From Blastococcus sp. (GTDB taxonomy: Bacteria; Actinomycetota; Actinomycetes; Mycobacteriales; Geodermatophilaceae): a DNA stretch of 37,934 nucleotides. Below, piece after piece: positions 1 to 7,818 of the stretch (positions within the stretch are counted from its first letter, which is position 1; each line of letters starts with the position of its first letter). The notes under the pieces are model-generated. The model worked only from the letters and a program-made list of their open reading frames with translations. It was not told the DNA's origin and searched no databases. The translations under genes were made by a program, and so were the position numbers. The stretch spans positions 1 to 37,934 of the forward strand of contig DASQTE010000222.1 in NCBI GenBank assembly GCA_035642035.1, given 5' to 3'.

Positions 1-366
1 GCCGCGGAGCTCCGGGTCGGACTGCAGCCGCCGGACCAGCAGGCCGGTCGTCACCACCTCGATCCGGGTCGCGGCGCTGCGCCGGCTGTCCCCGCGGACG
101 CTGTACCCGACCCGCCCGCCGGCGGCCTCGCCCAGGAGGGCCGCCATCCGCCGTGCCGCGGCGCGTGCGGCGACGCGACGCGGCTCGGCGACCACGATCC
201 GCCCCGGCAGCGTGCCGGCGAGGGCGAGCGGGACGAGCGTGGTCTTGCCGGTGCCCGGCGGCGCGACGAGCACGGCCGAGCCGCCGGACCCCAGCGCACC
301 GGCCAGGGCCGGCAGGGCCGAGCGCACCGGCAGATCGGTCGCCGGTGTCCCGGGCGGTGGCAGCAC
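1..366 (-). CDS. hrpB: ATP-dependent RNA helicase HrpB, N-terminal part (runs off the left edge)
   Basis: Not in the ORF track because no stop is in the window. Manual translation from GTG at 366: [21 protein letters not shown]...[19 protein letters not shown]...[24 protein letters not shown]...VGYSVRGD...[19 protein letters not shown]; Walker A and [11 protein letters not shown] motif Ia typical of HrpB. Confidence 0.88.
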   Translation of the reverse strand, partial: MLPPPGTPATDLPVRSALPALAGALGSGGSAVLVAPPGTGKTTLVPLALAGTLPGRIVVAEPRRVAARAAARRMAALLGEAAGGRVGYSVRGDSRRSAATRIEVVTTGLLVRRLQSDPELRG

Positions 367-404
367 TGGACCAGTGTCCCGGAGGCGCCCGCGATGATGT
401 GCCC

Positions 405-1037
405 ATGACCGTCACCGCCGCCGTGCTCGGATTCGCCGTCGTCGCCGGGGCGCTCACGGTGACCCCGGGCCTCGACACCGCCCTGGTGCTGCGCGCCGCG
501 CTCACCCGTAGCCGTCGCGAGGCGTCCGCGACCGCGGCCGGCATCGTCGCCGGCCTGTTCGTGTGGGGCGCCGCCGCGGCGGCCGGGGTCTCGGCCCTCC
601 TGGCGACGTCGCAACTGGCCTACGACGTGCTGCGCTGGGCGGGGGCGGCCTATCTCGTGTGGTTCGGGCTCCGCCTGCTCGTCCGGTCGCTGCGCCCCGG
701 TCCCGCGACGGCCCGGCCGGAGGGTGCGGACGGCGGCTCGGCGTGGCGGGCGGCACGGCTGGGCCTGACGACCAACCTGCTCAACCCGAAGGTCGGCGTC
801 TTCTACGCGGCGCTGCTGCCGCAGTTCCTGCCCGCGGGGAGCGATCCGCTGCTGGGAGGGCTGCTGCTCGCCGGCGTGCACGCGGTGCTCTCCGTGGCCT
901 GGTTCGCGCTGCTCATCGGGCTCGCCTCGGTGCTCGGCCGGTGGCTGCGGCGTCCGGGCACCGTCCGCGCGATCGACTGCGTCACCGGCGCGACGCTCGT
1001 CGGCTTCGGCGCGCGGCTGGCCCTCGCCGCCCGCTGA
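405..1037 (+). CDS. LysE/RhtB family amino-acid exporter
   Basis: ATG 405 within ORF 153..1037; [20 protein letters not shown] and [12 protein letters not shown] motifs; ~210 aa, hydrophobic. Confidence 0.9.
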   Translation: MTVTAAVLGFAVVAGALTVTPGLDTALVLRAALTRSRREASATAAGIVAGLFVWGAAAAAGVSALLATSQLAYDVLRWAGAAYLVWFGLRLLVRSLRPGPATARPEGADGGSAWRAARLGLTTNLLNPKVGVFYAALLPQFLPAGSDPLLGGLLLAGVHAVLSVAWFALLIGLASVLGRWLRRPGTVRAIDCVTGATLVGFGARLALAAR

Positions 1038-1193
1038 CGCGGGCGGCCCGGGACGCCGGGGTGGCTGACGGCCCGGATCGACCGGCCGGCGGTGCTCGGG
1101 ACGGTCCTCTGCCTGGCCCTACGGGGCCGGTCGTCGGCGCGGGCAGCTCCGGGTCGTCTGGCCGCGACGCCCCGACCCCGGTAGGCATGACGG

Positions 1194-2180
1194 ATGCCGG
1201 TGATCGGATTCCACAACTCGCACGAGCAGGTCCACCCCGCCGAGCTGCTGAAAGCGGTCCAGCACGCCGAGGAGGTGGGCTTCACCGGGGCGATGAGCTC
1301 GGACCACTTCTCGCCCTGGAGCGCGCGCCAGGGCCAGTCGGGGTTCGGCTGGTCGTTCCTCGGGGCCGCCCTGGCCACGACGTCGCTGCCGTTCGGCGCG
1401 GTCAACGCGCCCGGCCAGCGGTACCACCCGGCGATCATCGCCCAGGCGATCGCCACCCTCGGCGCCATGTTCCCGGGCCGCTTCTGGGTGGCCCTCGGCA
1501 GTGGCGAGGCGTCGAACGAGCACATCACCGGGCAGGGGTGGCCGCGCAAGGAACTGCGCGACGCCCGGCTGCGCGAGTGCGTGGACGTCATCCGGGCCCT
1601 GCTGGCCGGCGAGGAGGTCAGCCACGACGGCCTGGTCACCGTCGACCGCGCGCGGATCTGGACCCTGCCCGAGGTCCCGCCGGCGCTCGTCTGCCCCGCG
1701 GTGAGCGTGGCGACGGCCCGGACCGGTGCGGACTGGGCCGACGGCCTGGTCACGGTCAACCAGCCGCACGACAAGCTCCGGGAGATGATCGCCGCCTACC
1801 GGGACGCCGGCGGGCGCGGCAAGCTCGCCGTCCAGGTGCACCTCTCCTGGGACCCGGACCCCGACCGGGCCACCGAGATCGCCTACGACCAGTGGCGCAG
1901 CAACGTCTTCCCCCCGCCGGTGTGCTGGGACCTCGACCACGTCGAGGCGTTCGACGCCGCCAGCGAGCGCGTCACCCGGGAGGACGTCGCGGAGGTGGTG
2001 AACGTCTCGGCGGACCTCGGGCAGCACACCGCCTGGCTGGCCGAGTACGCCGACCTGGGCTTCGACGAGATCTACCTGCACCACGTGGGCCAGGAGCAGC
2101 ACGCCTTCCTCGACGCGTTCGGCGAGCACGTGCTGCCGCAGCTGGGCGTGACGGCCCCGGCCGTGGCGCTGTCGGCATGA
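1194..2180 (+). CDS. LLM-class (luciferase-like) flavin-dependent oxidoreductase, TIGR03885-like
   Basis: IGFHNSHEQ start, SSDHFSPW, RYHPAIIAQAIATL, GSGEASNE motifs; stop overlaps next ATG (ATGA 2177-2180). Confidence 0.85.
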   Translation: MPVIGFHNSHEQVHPAELLKAVQHAEEVGFTGAMSSDHFSPWSARQGQSGFGWSFLGAALATTSLPFGAVNAPGQRYHPAIIAQAIATLGAMFPGRFWVALGSGEASNEHITGQGWPRKELRDARLRECVDVIRALLAGEEVSHDGLVTVDRARIWTLPEVPPALVCPAVSVATARTGADWADGLVTVNQPHDKLREMIAAYRDAGGRGKLAVQVHLSWDPDPDRATEIAYDQWRSNVFPPPVCWDLDHVEAFDAASERVTREDVAEVVNVSADLGQHTAWLAEYADLGFDEIYLHHVGQEQHAFLDAFGEHVLPQLGVTAPAVALSA

Positions 2181-3847
2181 GGATCACCGACACCGCGGAC
2201 CTCTGGTGGAAGAACGCCGTCGTCTACTGCCTGGACGTCGAGACGTTCATGGACTGGAACGCCGACGGCATCGGCGACTTCGCGGGCCTGGCCCAGCGGA
2301 TCGACCACCTGGCCGACCTCGGCGTCACCTGCCTGTGGCTGATGCCCTTCTACCCGACCGCCGAGCGGGACGACGGCTACGACATCACCGACTTCTACGG
2401 CGTCGACCCGCGCCTGGGCACGCACGGCGACCTGGTCGAGGTCATCCGGACGGCGAACGACCGCGGGATGCGGGTCATCGCCGACCTCGTGGTCAACCAC
2501 ACGTCGCGCAAGCACCCGTGGTTCCGCTCGGCCGAGGCGTCGAAGGACTCGCCGTTCCGCGACTTCTACGTCTGGCGCTCCGACCCGCCACCGGACACCT
2601 CCGACCAGGTCGTCTTCCCCGACCAGGAGGACAGCATCTGGACGCTGTCGGAGAAGACGGGGGAGTGGTACCTGCACAAGTTCTACAAGGAGCAGCCGGA
2701 CCTGAACGTGACCAATCCCCGGGTGCGCGACGAGGTCGCCAAGATCATGGGCTTCTGGCTGCAGCTCGGGCTGTCGGGCTTCCGCGTCGACGCCGTCCCG
2801 TTCTTCCTCGAGACGGCCGGCGCCGACGGCGGGGCGCTCCCCGACCCGCACCACTACCTGCGCGCGCTGCGCCAGCTGGTCGGCCGGCGGTCGGGCAGCG
2901 GCGTCCTGCTGGGGGAGGTCAACCTGCCCTACGAGCAGCAGCTCGAGTTCTTCGGCGGCACCGACGGCGACGAGCTGACCATGCAGTTCGACTTCATCGG
3001 CATGCAGGCGCTCTACCTGGCGCTCGCCCGCGGCGACGCCGGGCCGATCGCCACCGCCCTCGAGGGACGGCCGGCGCTGGACCCCGACTCGCAGTGGGCC
3101 ACCTTCGTGCGCAACCACGACGAGCTCACCCTCGACAAGCTCAGCGACGACGAGCGGGCCGAGGTCTTCGCCGCCTTCGGGCCCGAGGAGCGGATGCAGG
3201 TCTACGGGCGGGGGCTGCGCCGGCGGCTGCCGCCGATGCTGGACGGCGACCCGCGGCGGGTCCGGATGGTCTACAGCCTGCTGTTCTCCCTGCCCGGCAC
3301 CCCGGTGCTGTTCTACGGCGAGGAGATCGGGATGGGGGAGGACCTCGACGCCGAGGGCCGGCTCGCCGTCCGGACGCCGATGCAGTGGACCTCCGGGCGC
3401 AACGGCGGGTTCTCGCCGGCCGAGCCCCGGAAGCTCCCCGGCCCCGTCGTCAGCGGCGGCTTCGCCCCCGAGTACGTCAACGTGGCCGACCAGCGCAACG
3501 ACCCCGACTCCCTGCTGTCGTTCATGAAGCTGCTGATCCGCCGGTACCGGGAGTCGCCCGAGCTGGGCTGGGGCGGCTTCCGGGTGCTGGAGCAGCCGTT
3601 CCCGGAGGTGCTGGCGCACCTGTGCACCTGGGACGACGGCGCGCTCGTCGCGGTGCACAACCTCTGCCCGGAGCCCCGGACGGTGCCGATCACGCTGGAG
3701 GGCTGCGACTCCTCGCACCGGCTGGTCGACCTGCTGCAGCCGGGGGCGACGACGGTCTCCGAGAAGGGCACCGCCGACATCGCGCTGGACGGCTACGGCT
3801 ACCGCTGGCTGCGCGTCGTCGCCCAGGACAGCCGCCGGCTGGTCTGA
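2177..3847 (+). CDS. GH13 alpha-amylase family protein, trehalose synthase (TreS)-like
   Basis: ATG 2177 (ATGA overlap), WWKNAVVYC, DLVVNHTS, catalytic GFRVDAV / GEVN / VRNHDELTL, PVLFYGEEIGMG, RTPMQW; 556 aa. Confidence 0.88.
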   Translation: MRITDTADLWWKNAVVYCLDVETFMDWNADGIGDFAGLAQRIDHLADLGVTCLWLMPFYPTAERDDGYDITDFYGVDPRLGTHGDLVEVIRTANDRGMRVIADLVVNHTSRKHPWFRSAEASKDSPFRDFYVWRSDPPPDTSDQVVFPDQEDSIWTLSEKTGEWYLHKFYKEQPDLNVTNPRVRDEVAKIMGFWLQLGLSGFRVDAVPFFLETAGADGGALPDPHHYLRALRQLVGRRSGSGVLLGEVNLPYEQQLEFFGGTDGDELTMQFDFIGMQALYLALARGDAGPIATALEGRPALDPDSQWATFVRNHDELTLDKLSDDERAEVFAAFGPEERMQVYGRGLRRRLPPMLDGDPRRVRMVYSLLFSLPGTPVLFYGEEIGMGEDLDAEGRLAVRTPMQWTSGRNGGFSPAEPRKLPGPVVSGGFAPEYVNVADQRNDPDSLLSFMKLLIRRYRESPELGWGGFRVLEQPFPEVLAHLCTWDDGALVAVHNLCPEPRTVPITLEGCDSSHRLVDLLQPGATTVSEKGTADIALDGYGYRWLRVVAQDSRRLV

Positions 3848-3856
3848 CGGGGTCCG

Positions 3857-4624
3857 TCACCCCGGGCGGGCAGCCAGCAGCGGGGCGGCGTCCGCCTCGA
3901 CGACGTCCGCCGGTGCGTCGACGAGCGCCAGCGCGGCGACGTAGCCGGCCGGTGGCCGGAGGGTGGCCAGGGTCGGGGGTGCCGCGCCGTCGGGACCGCC
4001 CCACCGCAGCACGCGCGGAGGGGACGCCGGTGGTGACACGACGACCTCGTCGAGCGGTGCCAGCAGCCCGGCACCGGTCGCCTTGAGGGCGGCCTCCTTC
4101 CGCGTCCAGTACGTGGCGAAGTCCGCGGCGCGGGCACCGGTCGGCGCGTCGAACAGGGCTGCCCTCTCCTCGGCGGCCAGGGTCAGGAGTGCGACGTCGT
4201 CCAGCTCGGCCGCAGTCCACGGGACGACCTCTTCGACGTCGACACCGACCGGCGCGCCCCGGCGGACGGCCACCACGACGCAGCCGGTGGAGTGCGAGAC
4301 CGAGAAGGAGAGGTCGCGCACCCCAGTCAGGAACGGCTTGCCGTGCGGCGCGCCGCAGCGCGCACAGCTGCGGTCGATGCGCAGCTGCCTGCCCGGCCGG
4401 CCGGCGTGCACGCCGAGCACCAGGCGGGCGAGCGCCGCGCCGGCCGTGAAGCGCTGCCGATCGGCGGCGCTCCGCAGCCGCGCGCGCCGTCGGAGGTCCG
4501 TCTCGTCGAGCAGCGCGTCGTGCGCCGGGCGGACGTCCTCCGGACGGGCCCACCAGACCTGGCAGACGCCCGGGGCGAGGGGCGGGACCGGGCCGTCGGG
4601 GGCGCTCCCGGCCGGCACGGTCAC
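3857..4624 (-). CDS. Sfp-type 4'-phosphopantetheinyl transferase
   Basis: GTG 4624 overlaps upstream TGA (GTGA) with GGAGGAGG RBS; HGKP, FSVSHS, VGVDVE and WTRKEAALKATG motifs; 255 aa. Confidence 0.92.
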   Translation of the reverse strand: MTVPAGSAPDGPVPPLAPGVCQVWWARPEDVRPAHDALLDETDLRRRARLRSAADRQRFTAGAALARLVLGVHAGRPGRQLRIDRSCARCGAPHGKPFLTGVRDLSFSVSHSTGCVVVAVRRGAPVGVDVEEVVPWTAAELDDVALLTLAAEERAALFDAPTGARAADFATYWTRKEAALKATGAGLLAPLDEVVVSPPASPPRVLRWGGPDGAAPPTLATLRPPAGYVAALALVDAPADVVEADAAPLLAARPG

Positions 4625-5799
4625 CCTCCTCCCGCGCCGGCCAGGGCGCGCTCGACGTCGTCCAGCCCGCGCGCCACCACGGGTGGGGCGGAGTCCGGCG
4701 TGTCTGCCGGGGTGCCCACCCCCCGCCCGGTGACCAGCAGCACCACCGTGTCCGACGGCTGCAGCAGTCCCTGGTCGAGGGCGGGGCCGACAGCGGCCAG
4801 CGCGGCTGCGCCGGCCGGTTCGGCCAGGACACCGGCGCGGGCGGCGAGGGTGCCGACCGCGCGCAGCAACGCGTCGTCCGGCACGGCGACCATGCCGCCT
4901 CCGGTGCGGCGCACCGCCTCGAGCACGGCCTCCCCGGTCGCGGGGCGGAGCACGGCGATGCCGTCGGCGACCGTGCCGGCCGGGTGCAGCTCCCGCGGCT
5001 CCGGGGGGATGCCGAGCCACGCCCGCACCAGCGGCTGGCAGGCGGCGGCCTGGACGCCGATCAGCCGCGGCACGTGGTCGGTCAGGCGGCTGCGGACCAG
5101 CTCGTCGAACCCCTTGTCCAGGGCAGCCAGGGTGGGTCCGTCGCCGACCGGGACGACCATCGCGTCGGGGAGGGCCCGGCCGAGCTGCTCCCAGACCTCG
5201 AACGCCACGGTCTTCTTCGCTTCCAGGGTCACGGGATTGACACCGGTGTTCCGGTCCAGCCAGCCGAACGCGGCCGCGGCGGTGCGGGAGAGGTCGACCG
5301 CGGCGGCGTACCCCTCCGGCACCTGGAAGACCCGCGCGCCCGCCCGCGTCATCATCGCGAGCTTCTCGGGACGGCAGTCCGGCGAGACGAAGATGACCGC
5401 CCGCAACCCCGCGGCGGCGGCGCCGTTGGCGGTGGACACCGCGGCGTTGCCGGTGGAGGCGGTGGTGATCGTGTCCACGCCGCGGCGCAGCCCGCCCTCG
5501 ATGACCAGGGCGGTCGCCCGGTCCTTGTTGGACGCGGTCGGGGAACGGGTCTCGTCCTTGAGCCACAGCCTGGGCATCCCGAGGGCCTGCCGCAGCGCCG
5601 GGGCAGGGAGAAGCGGTGTCCCCCCGACGGGCAGCGGGAAACGGACGGGGCCGTCCGCGACGGGGAGCAGGTCGCGGTAGCGCCACATGGTGAACGTGCC
5701 CGGGGGGTCGGCAGGCAGCAGCGTCGGCCGGTAGTCGTAGACCAGCCACTCGCAGCCGGACCGCTCCACCGAGCCGGTGACCGTCCCCACGACGGTCAT
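4621..5799 (-). CDS. Threonine-synthase-like PLP-dependent enzyme (fold type II), BGC-associated
   Basis: ATG 5799 (ATGA overlap); MWRYRDLLP, GGTPLL, LKDETRSPTASNKDR (PLP Lys), ASTGNAA, VPVGDG, AEPAGAAALA, LLVTGRG; 392 aa. Confidence 0.82.
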   Translation of the reverse strand: MTVVGTVTGSVERSGCEWLVYDYRPTLLPADPPGTFTMWRYRDLLPVADGPVRFPLPVGGTPLLPAPALRQALGMPRLWLKDETRSPTASNKDRATALVIEGGLRRGVDTITTASTGNAAVSTANGAAAAGLRAVIFVSPDCRPEKLAMMTRAGARVFQVPEGYAAAVDLSRTAAAAFGWLDRNTGVNPVTLEAKKTVAFEVWEQLGRALPDAMVVPVGDGPTLAALDKGFDELVRSRLTDHVPRLIGVQAAACQPLVRAWLGIPPEPRELHPAGTVADGIAVLRPATGEAVLEAVRRTGGGMVAVPDDALLRAVGTLAARAGVLAEPAGAAALAAVGPALDQGLLQPSDTVVLLVTGRGVGTPADTPDSAPPVVARGLDDVERALAGAGGG

Positions 5800-6833
5800 C
5801 CGTATCGGCGCAGCTCGGAGAAGAACCCGTCGACGACGTGCAGCTCGCGCCGGCGGGCCACCTCGTCGTAGACGAACTTGCCGACCGCGAGGTCGAGCAC
5901 GCCGAGCCCGAACGGGGAGAACACCACCGTCCGGTCGGCCGGGACGGCCACCCGACCCGCCATGACGTCGTCCAGGGTGCCGGTGACGAACGCGCGGGAG
6001 CCGCTCAGCTGCTCGGCGAGGTGCGGTGAGGTCTGCGCCCGGAGGCAGTGCTCCACGTCGTCGACCACGTTGACGGCGCCGAGCAGGATCTCCGGGGCCA
6101 GGTCGCGCAGCGAGACGTGCAGGACCACGGGGGAGTGCCCGAACCACGAGGGGTCGTGGACGTGCGGGGCGCCGGCCACCGTCGCGAAGACGACGAGGTC
6201 GCTGCCGCGGATCACCGCCTCCGGGCCGTCGTGCACGGTCACCCGGGCACCGGCCGCGGCCTGGTCCAGGTAGCCGGCGAACCCGGCGGCGCTGTCGGGG
6301 GACAGGTCGTGGACGCCGATCTCGTCGAAGTGCCAGCCGGTGCCGCGCAGGAAGGTGTGCACGTACCGGGCGATCAGCCCCACGCCGATGAAGCCGACGC
6401 GCAGCGGCCGGGGCCGGGAGCGGGTCAGCCAGTCGGCGGCCGCCGCGGCCGATGCCGCCGTCCGCGTGGCGCTGATGACCGAGCTCTCGAGGCAGGCGAA
6501 GGGGTAGCCGGTGTCGTGGTCGTTGAGGATGAGCACGGCGGAGGCGCGCGGGATCCCGACCGCGACGTTCTCCGGGAAGCTGGAGATCCACTTCAGCCCG
6601 TCGACCCGGACCTGTCCGCCGATCGAGGCCGGCAGCGCGATGATCCGCGCGGACGGGCGGTCGGGGAAGCGCAGGAAGTAGGAGGGCGGGTTCACCGAGT
6701 CGCGGGCACCGTGCAGCCGGTAGACGGCCTCGACGAGCTCGACCAGTTCCTTCTCGCGCCCCTGCAGCACCTCCTGGACCTGGGCGCCGGGGATCACCGC
6801 GAACGGGGGGACCAGGGCCTTCGCCGCGGTCAT
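5796..6833 (-). CDS. sbnB: 2,3-diaminopropionate biosynthesis protein SbnB family (ornithine cyclodeaminase fold)
   Basis: ATG 6833 (ATGA overlap); NPPSYFLRFP, RIIALPA, GLKWISSFPEN, GIPRASAVLILND, ISATRTAASA, HVSLRD, FSPFGLGVLDLAVG; 345 aa. Confidence 0.93.
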   Translation of the reverse strand: MTAAKALVPPFAVIPGAQVQEVLQGREKELVELVEAVYRLHGARDSVNPPSYFLRFPDRPSARIIALPASIGGQVRVDGLKWISSFPENVAVGIPRASAVLILNDHDTGYPFACLESSVISATRTAASAAAAADWLTRSRPRPLRVGFIGVGLIARYVHTFLRGTGWHFDEIGVHDLSPDSAAGFAGYLDQAAAGARVTVHDGPEAVIRGSDLVVFATVAGAPHVHDPSWFGHSPVVLHVSLRDLAPEILLGAVNVVDDVEHCLRAQTSPHLAEQLSGSRAFVTGTLDDVMAGRVAVPADRTVVFSPFGLGVLDLAVGKFVYDEVARRRELHVVDGFFSELRRYG

Positions 6834-7816
6834 CGCCCGGCTCCGCCGGCGGCCGGTCGCACCGGGTCGCCCAGGCCGACCAGCACCTCCCGCGGACCGG
6901 TGTACGGCTCGCGGTCGTGCGCGGTGCGGATGTTGTCGACGAGCATCAGGTCGCCGGCCTGCCACGGCTCCCGCACGGTGCACGCGGCGTAGACCTCGTT
7001 GAGCTGCGCGACCACGTCCTCGCCGATCGGCTCGCCGTCGCCGAAGCGCGTGGTGAAGGGCAGCCCGTCGGCGCCGTAGACGTCGAGCAGGTACTCGCGG
7101 ACCTCGGGGTCCAGCGTCCACTCGTTGAGGAAGGCGACCTGGTTGAACCAGCAGCGCCGGCCGGTGCCCGGGTGCCGCACCACGGCCGGCCGGCGCTGGC
7201 GGGTGCGCAGGCCGCCGTCGGGCTGCCAGTCGAACTCGATGTCCTGCCCTCGGCAGTACGCCTCGACGGCGGCCCGGTCCGTGGTCCCGAAGGCCTCGGT
7301 CCACGGCGCCCCGATCTCGTCGTTGTAGCTGCGCACGAGCAGCCAGCCCTCCCGCTCGAAGCGCTCCACCAGATCCGGGGGCAGCGCCTCGAGCACGCTC
7401 GGGCCGTCGGCCAGCCCGGTCGACCCGCCGTCGTCGGGCGCGACCAGGCAGGCGAGGAGCAGCAGCGAAGGGACGTCGAGCAGGTAGCTGAGCTCGTGGT
7501 GCATGCACATCGGCTGACCGGCCGGCCACCTCGTCGAGGTGTGCACGCCGTCGGCGACGACCTCCCGGGGGGCGAAGGCCTCCCGCTCCGGGACCAGGAC
7601 GTCGGCCAGCCGGTGGAACGCGGCACCGGCCTGTCCGGCGTCGCGCAGCCCGAGGCCGCGCACCAGCACGGCGCCGTGCTCGGCGACGACCGCCCGCACC
7701 GCCGCGCGGTGCTCGTCCGCCCACCCGGCCGGATCCCCGGCGCCGGCCACCCGCAGCACCGGCGGTCGGCCGGGCACGAGGTCGACGTCGAGCAGGGACG
7801 TGGACGAGGGCAGCAT
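6830..7816 (-). CDS. TauD/TfdA-family Fe(II)/2-oxoglutarate dioxygenase, SyrP/DdaC-like
   Basis: ATG 7816 with GGAAGGA RBS; HGAVLVRG, H-x-E iron motif MCMHHELSY, GGSTGLAD, HPGTG..WFNQ, WQAGDLMLVDNIRTAH.R; 328 aa. Confidence 0.9.
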   Translation of the reverse strand: MLPSSTSLLDVDLVPGRPPVLRVAGAGDPAGWADEHRAAVRAVVAEHGAVLVRGLGLRDAGQAGAAFHRLADVLVPEREAFAPREVVADGVHTSTRWPAGQPMCMHHELSYLLDVPSLLLLACLVAPDDGGSTGLADGPSVLEALPPDLVERFEREGWLLVRSYNDEIGAPWTEAFGTTDRAAVEAYCRGQDIEFDWQPDGGLRTRQRRPAVVRHPGTGRRCWFNQVAFLNEWTLDPEVREYLLDVYGADGLPFTTRFGDGEPIGEDVVAQLNEVYAACTVREPWQAGDLMLVDNIRTAHDREPYTGPREVLVGLGDPVRPAAGGAGR

Positions 7817-7818
7817 GG

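Noticed and set aside
405-1037. LysE exporter as a Dap/product exporter of the BGC
   Set aside because: It is on the opposite strand and separated from the cluster by two unrelated genes; nothing in the sequence links it.
563-3847. 1094-aa ORF suggesting a large fusion protein
   Set aside because: The first ~540 aa are an Arg/Gly/Pro-rich shadow frame over the LysE and LLM genes; the real protein starts at ATG 2177.
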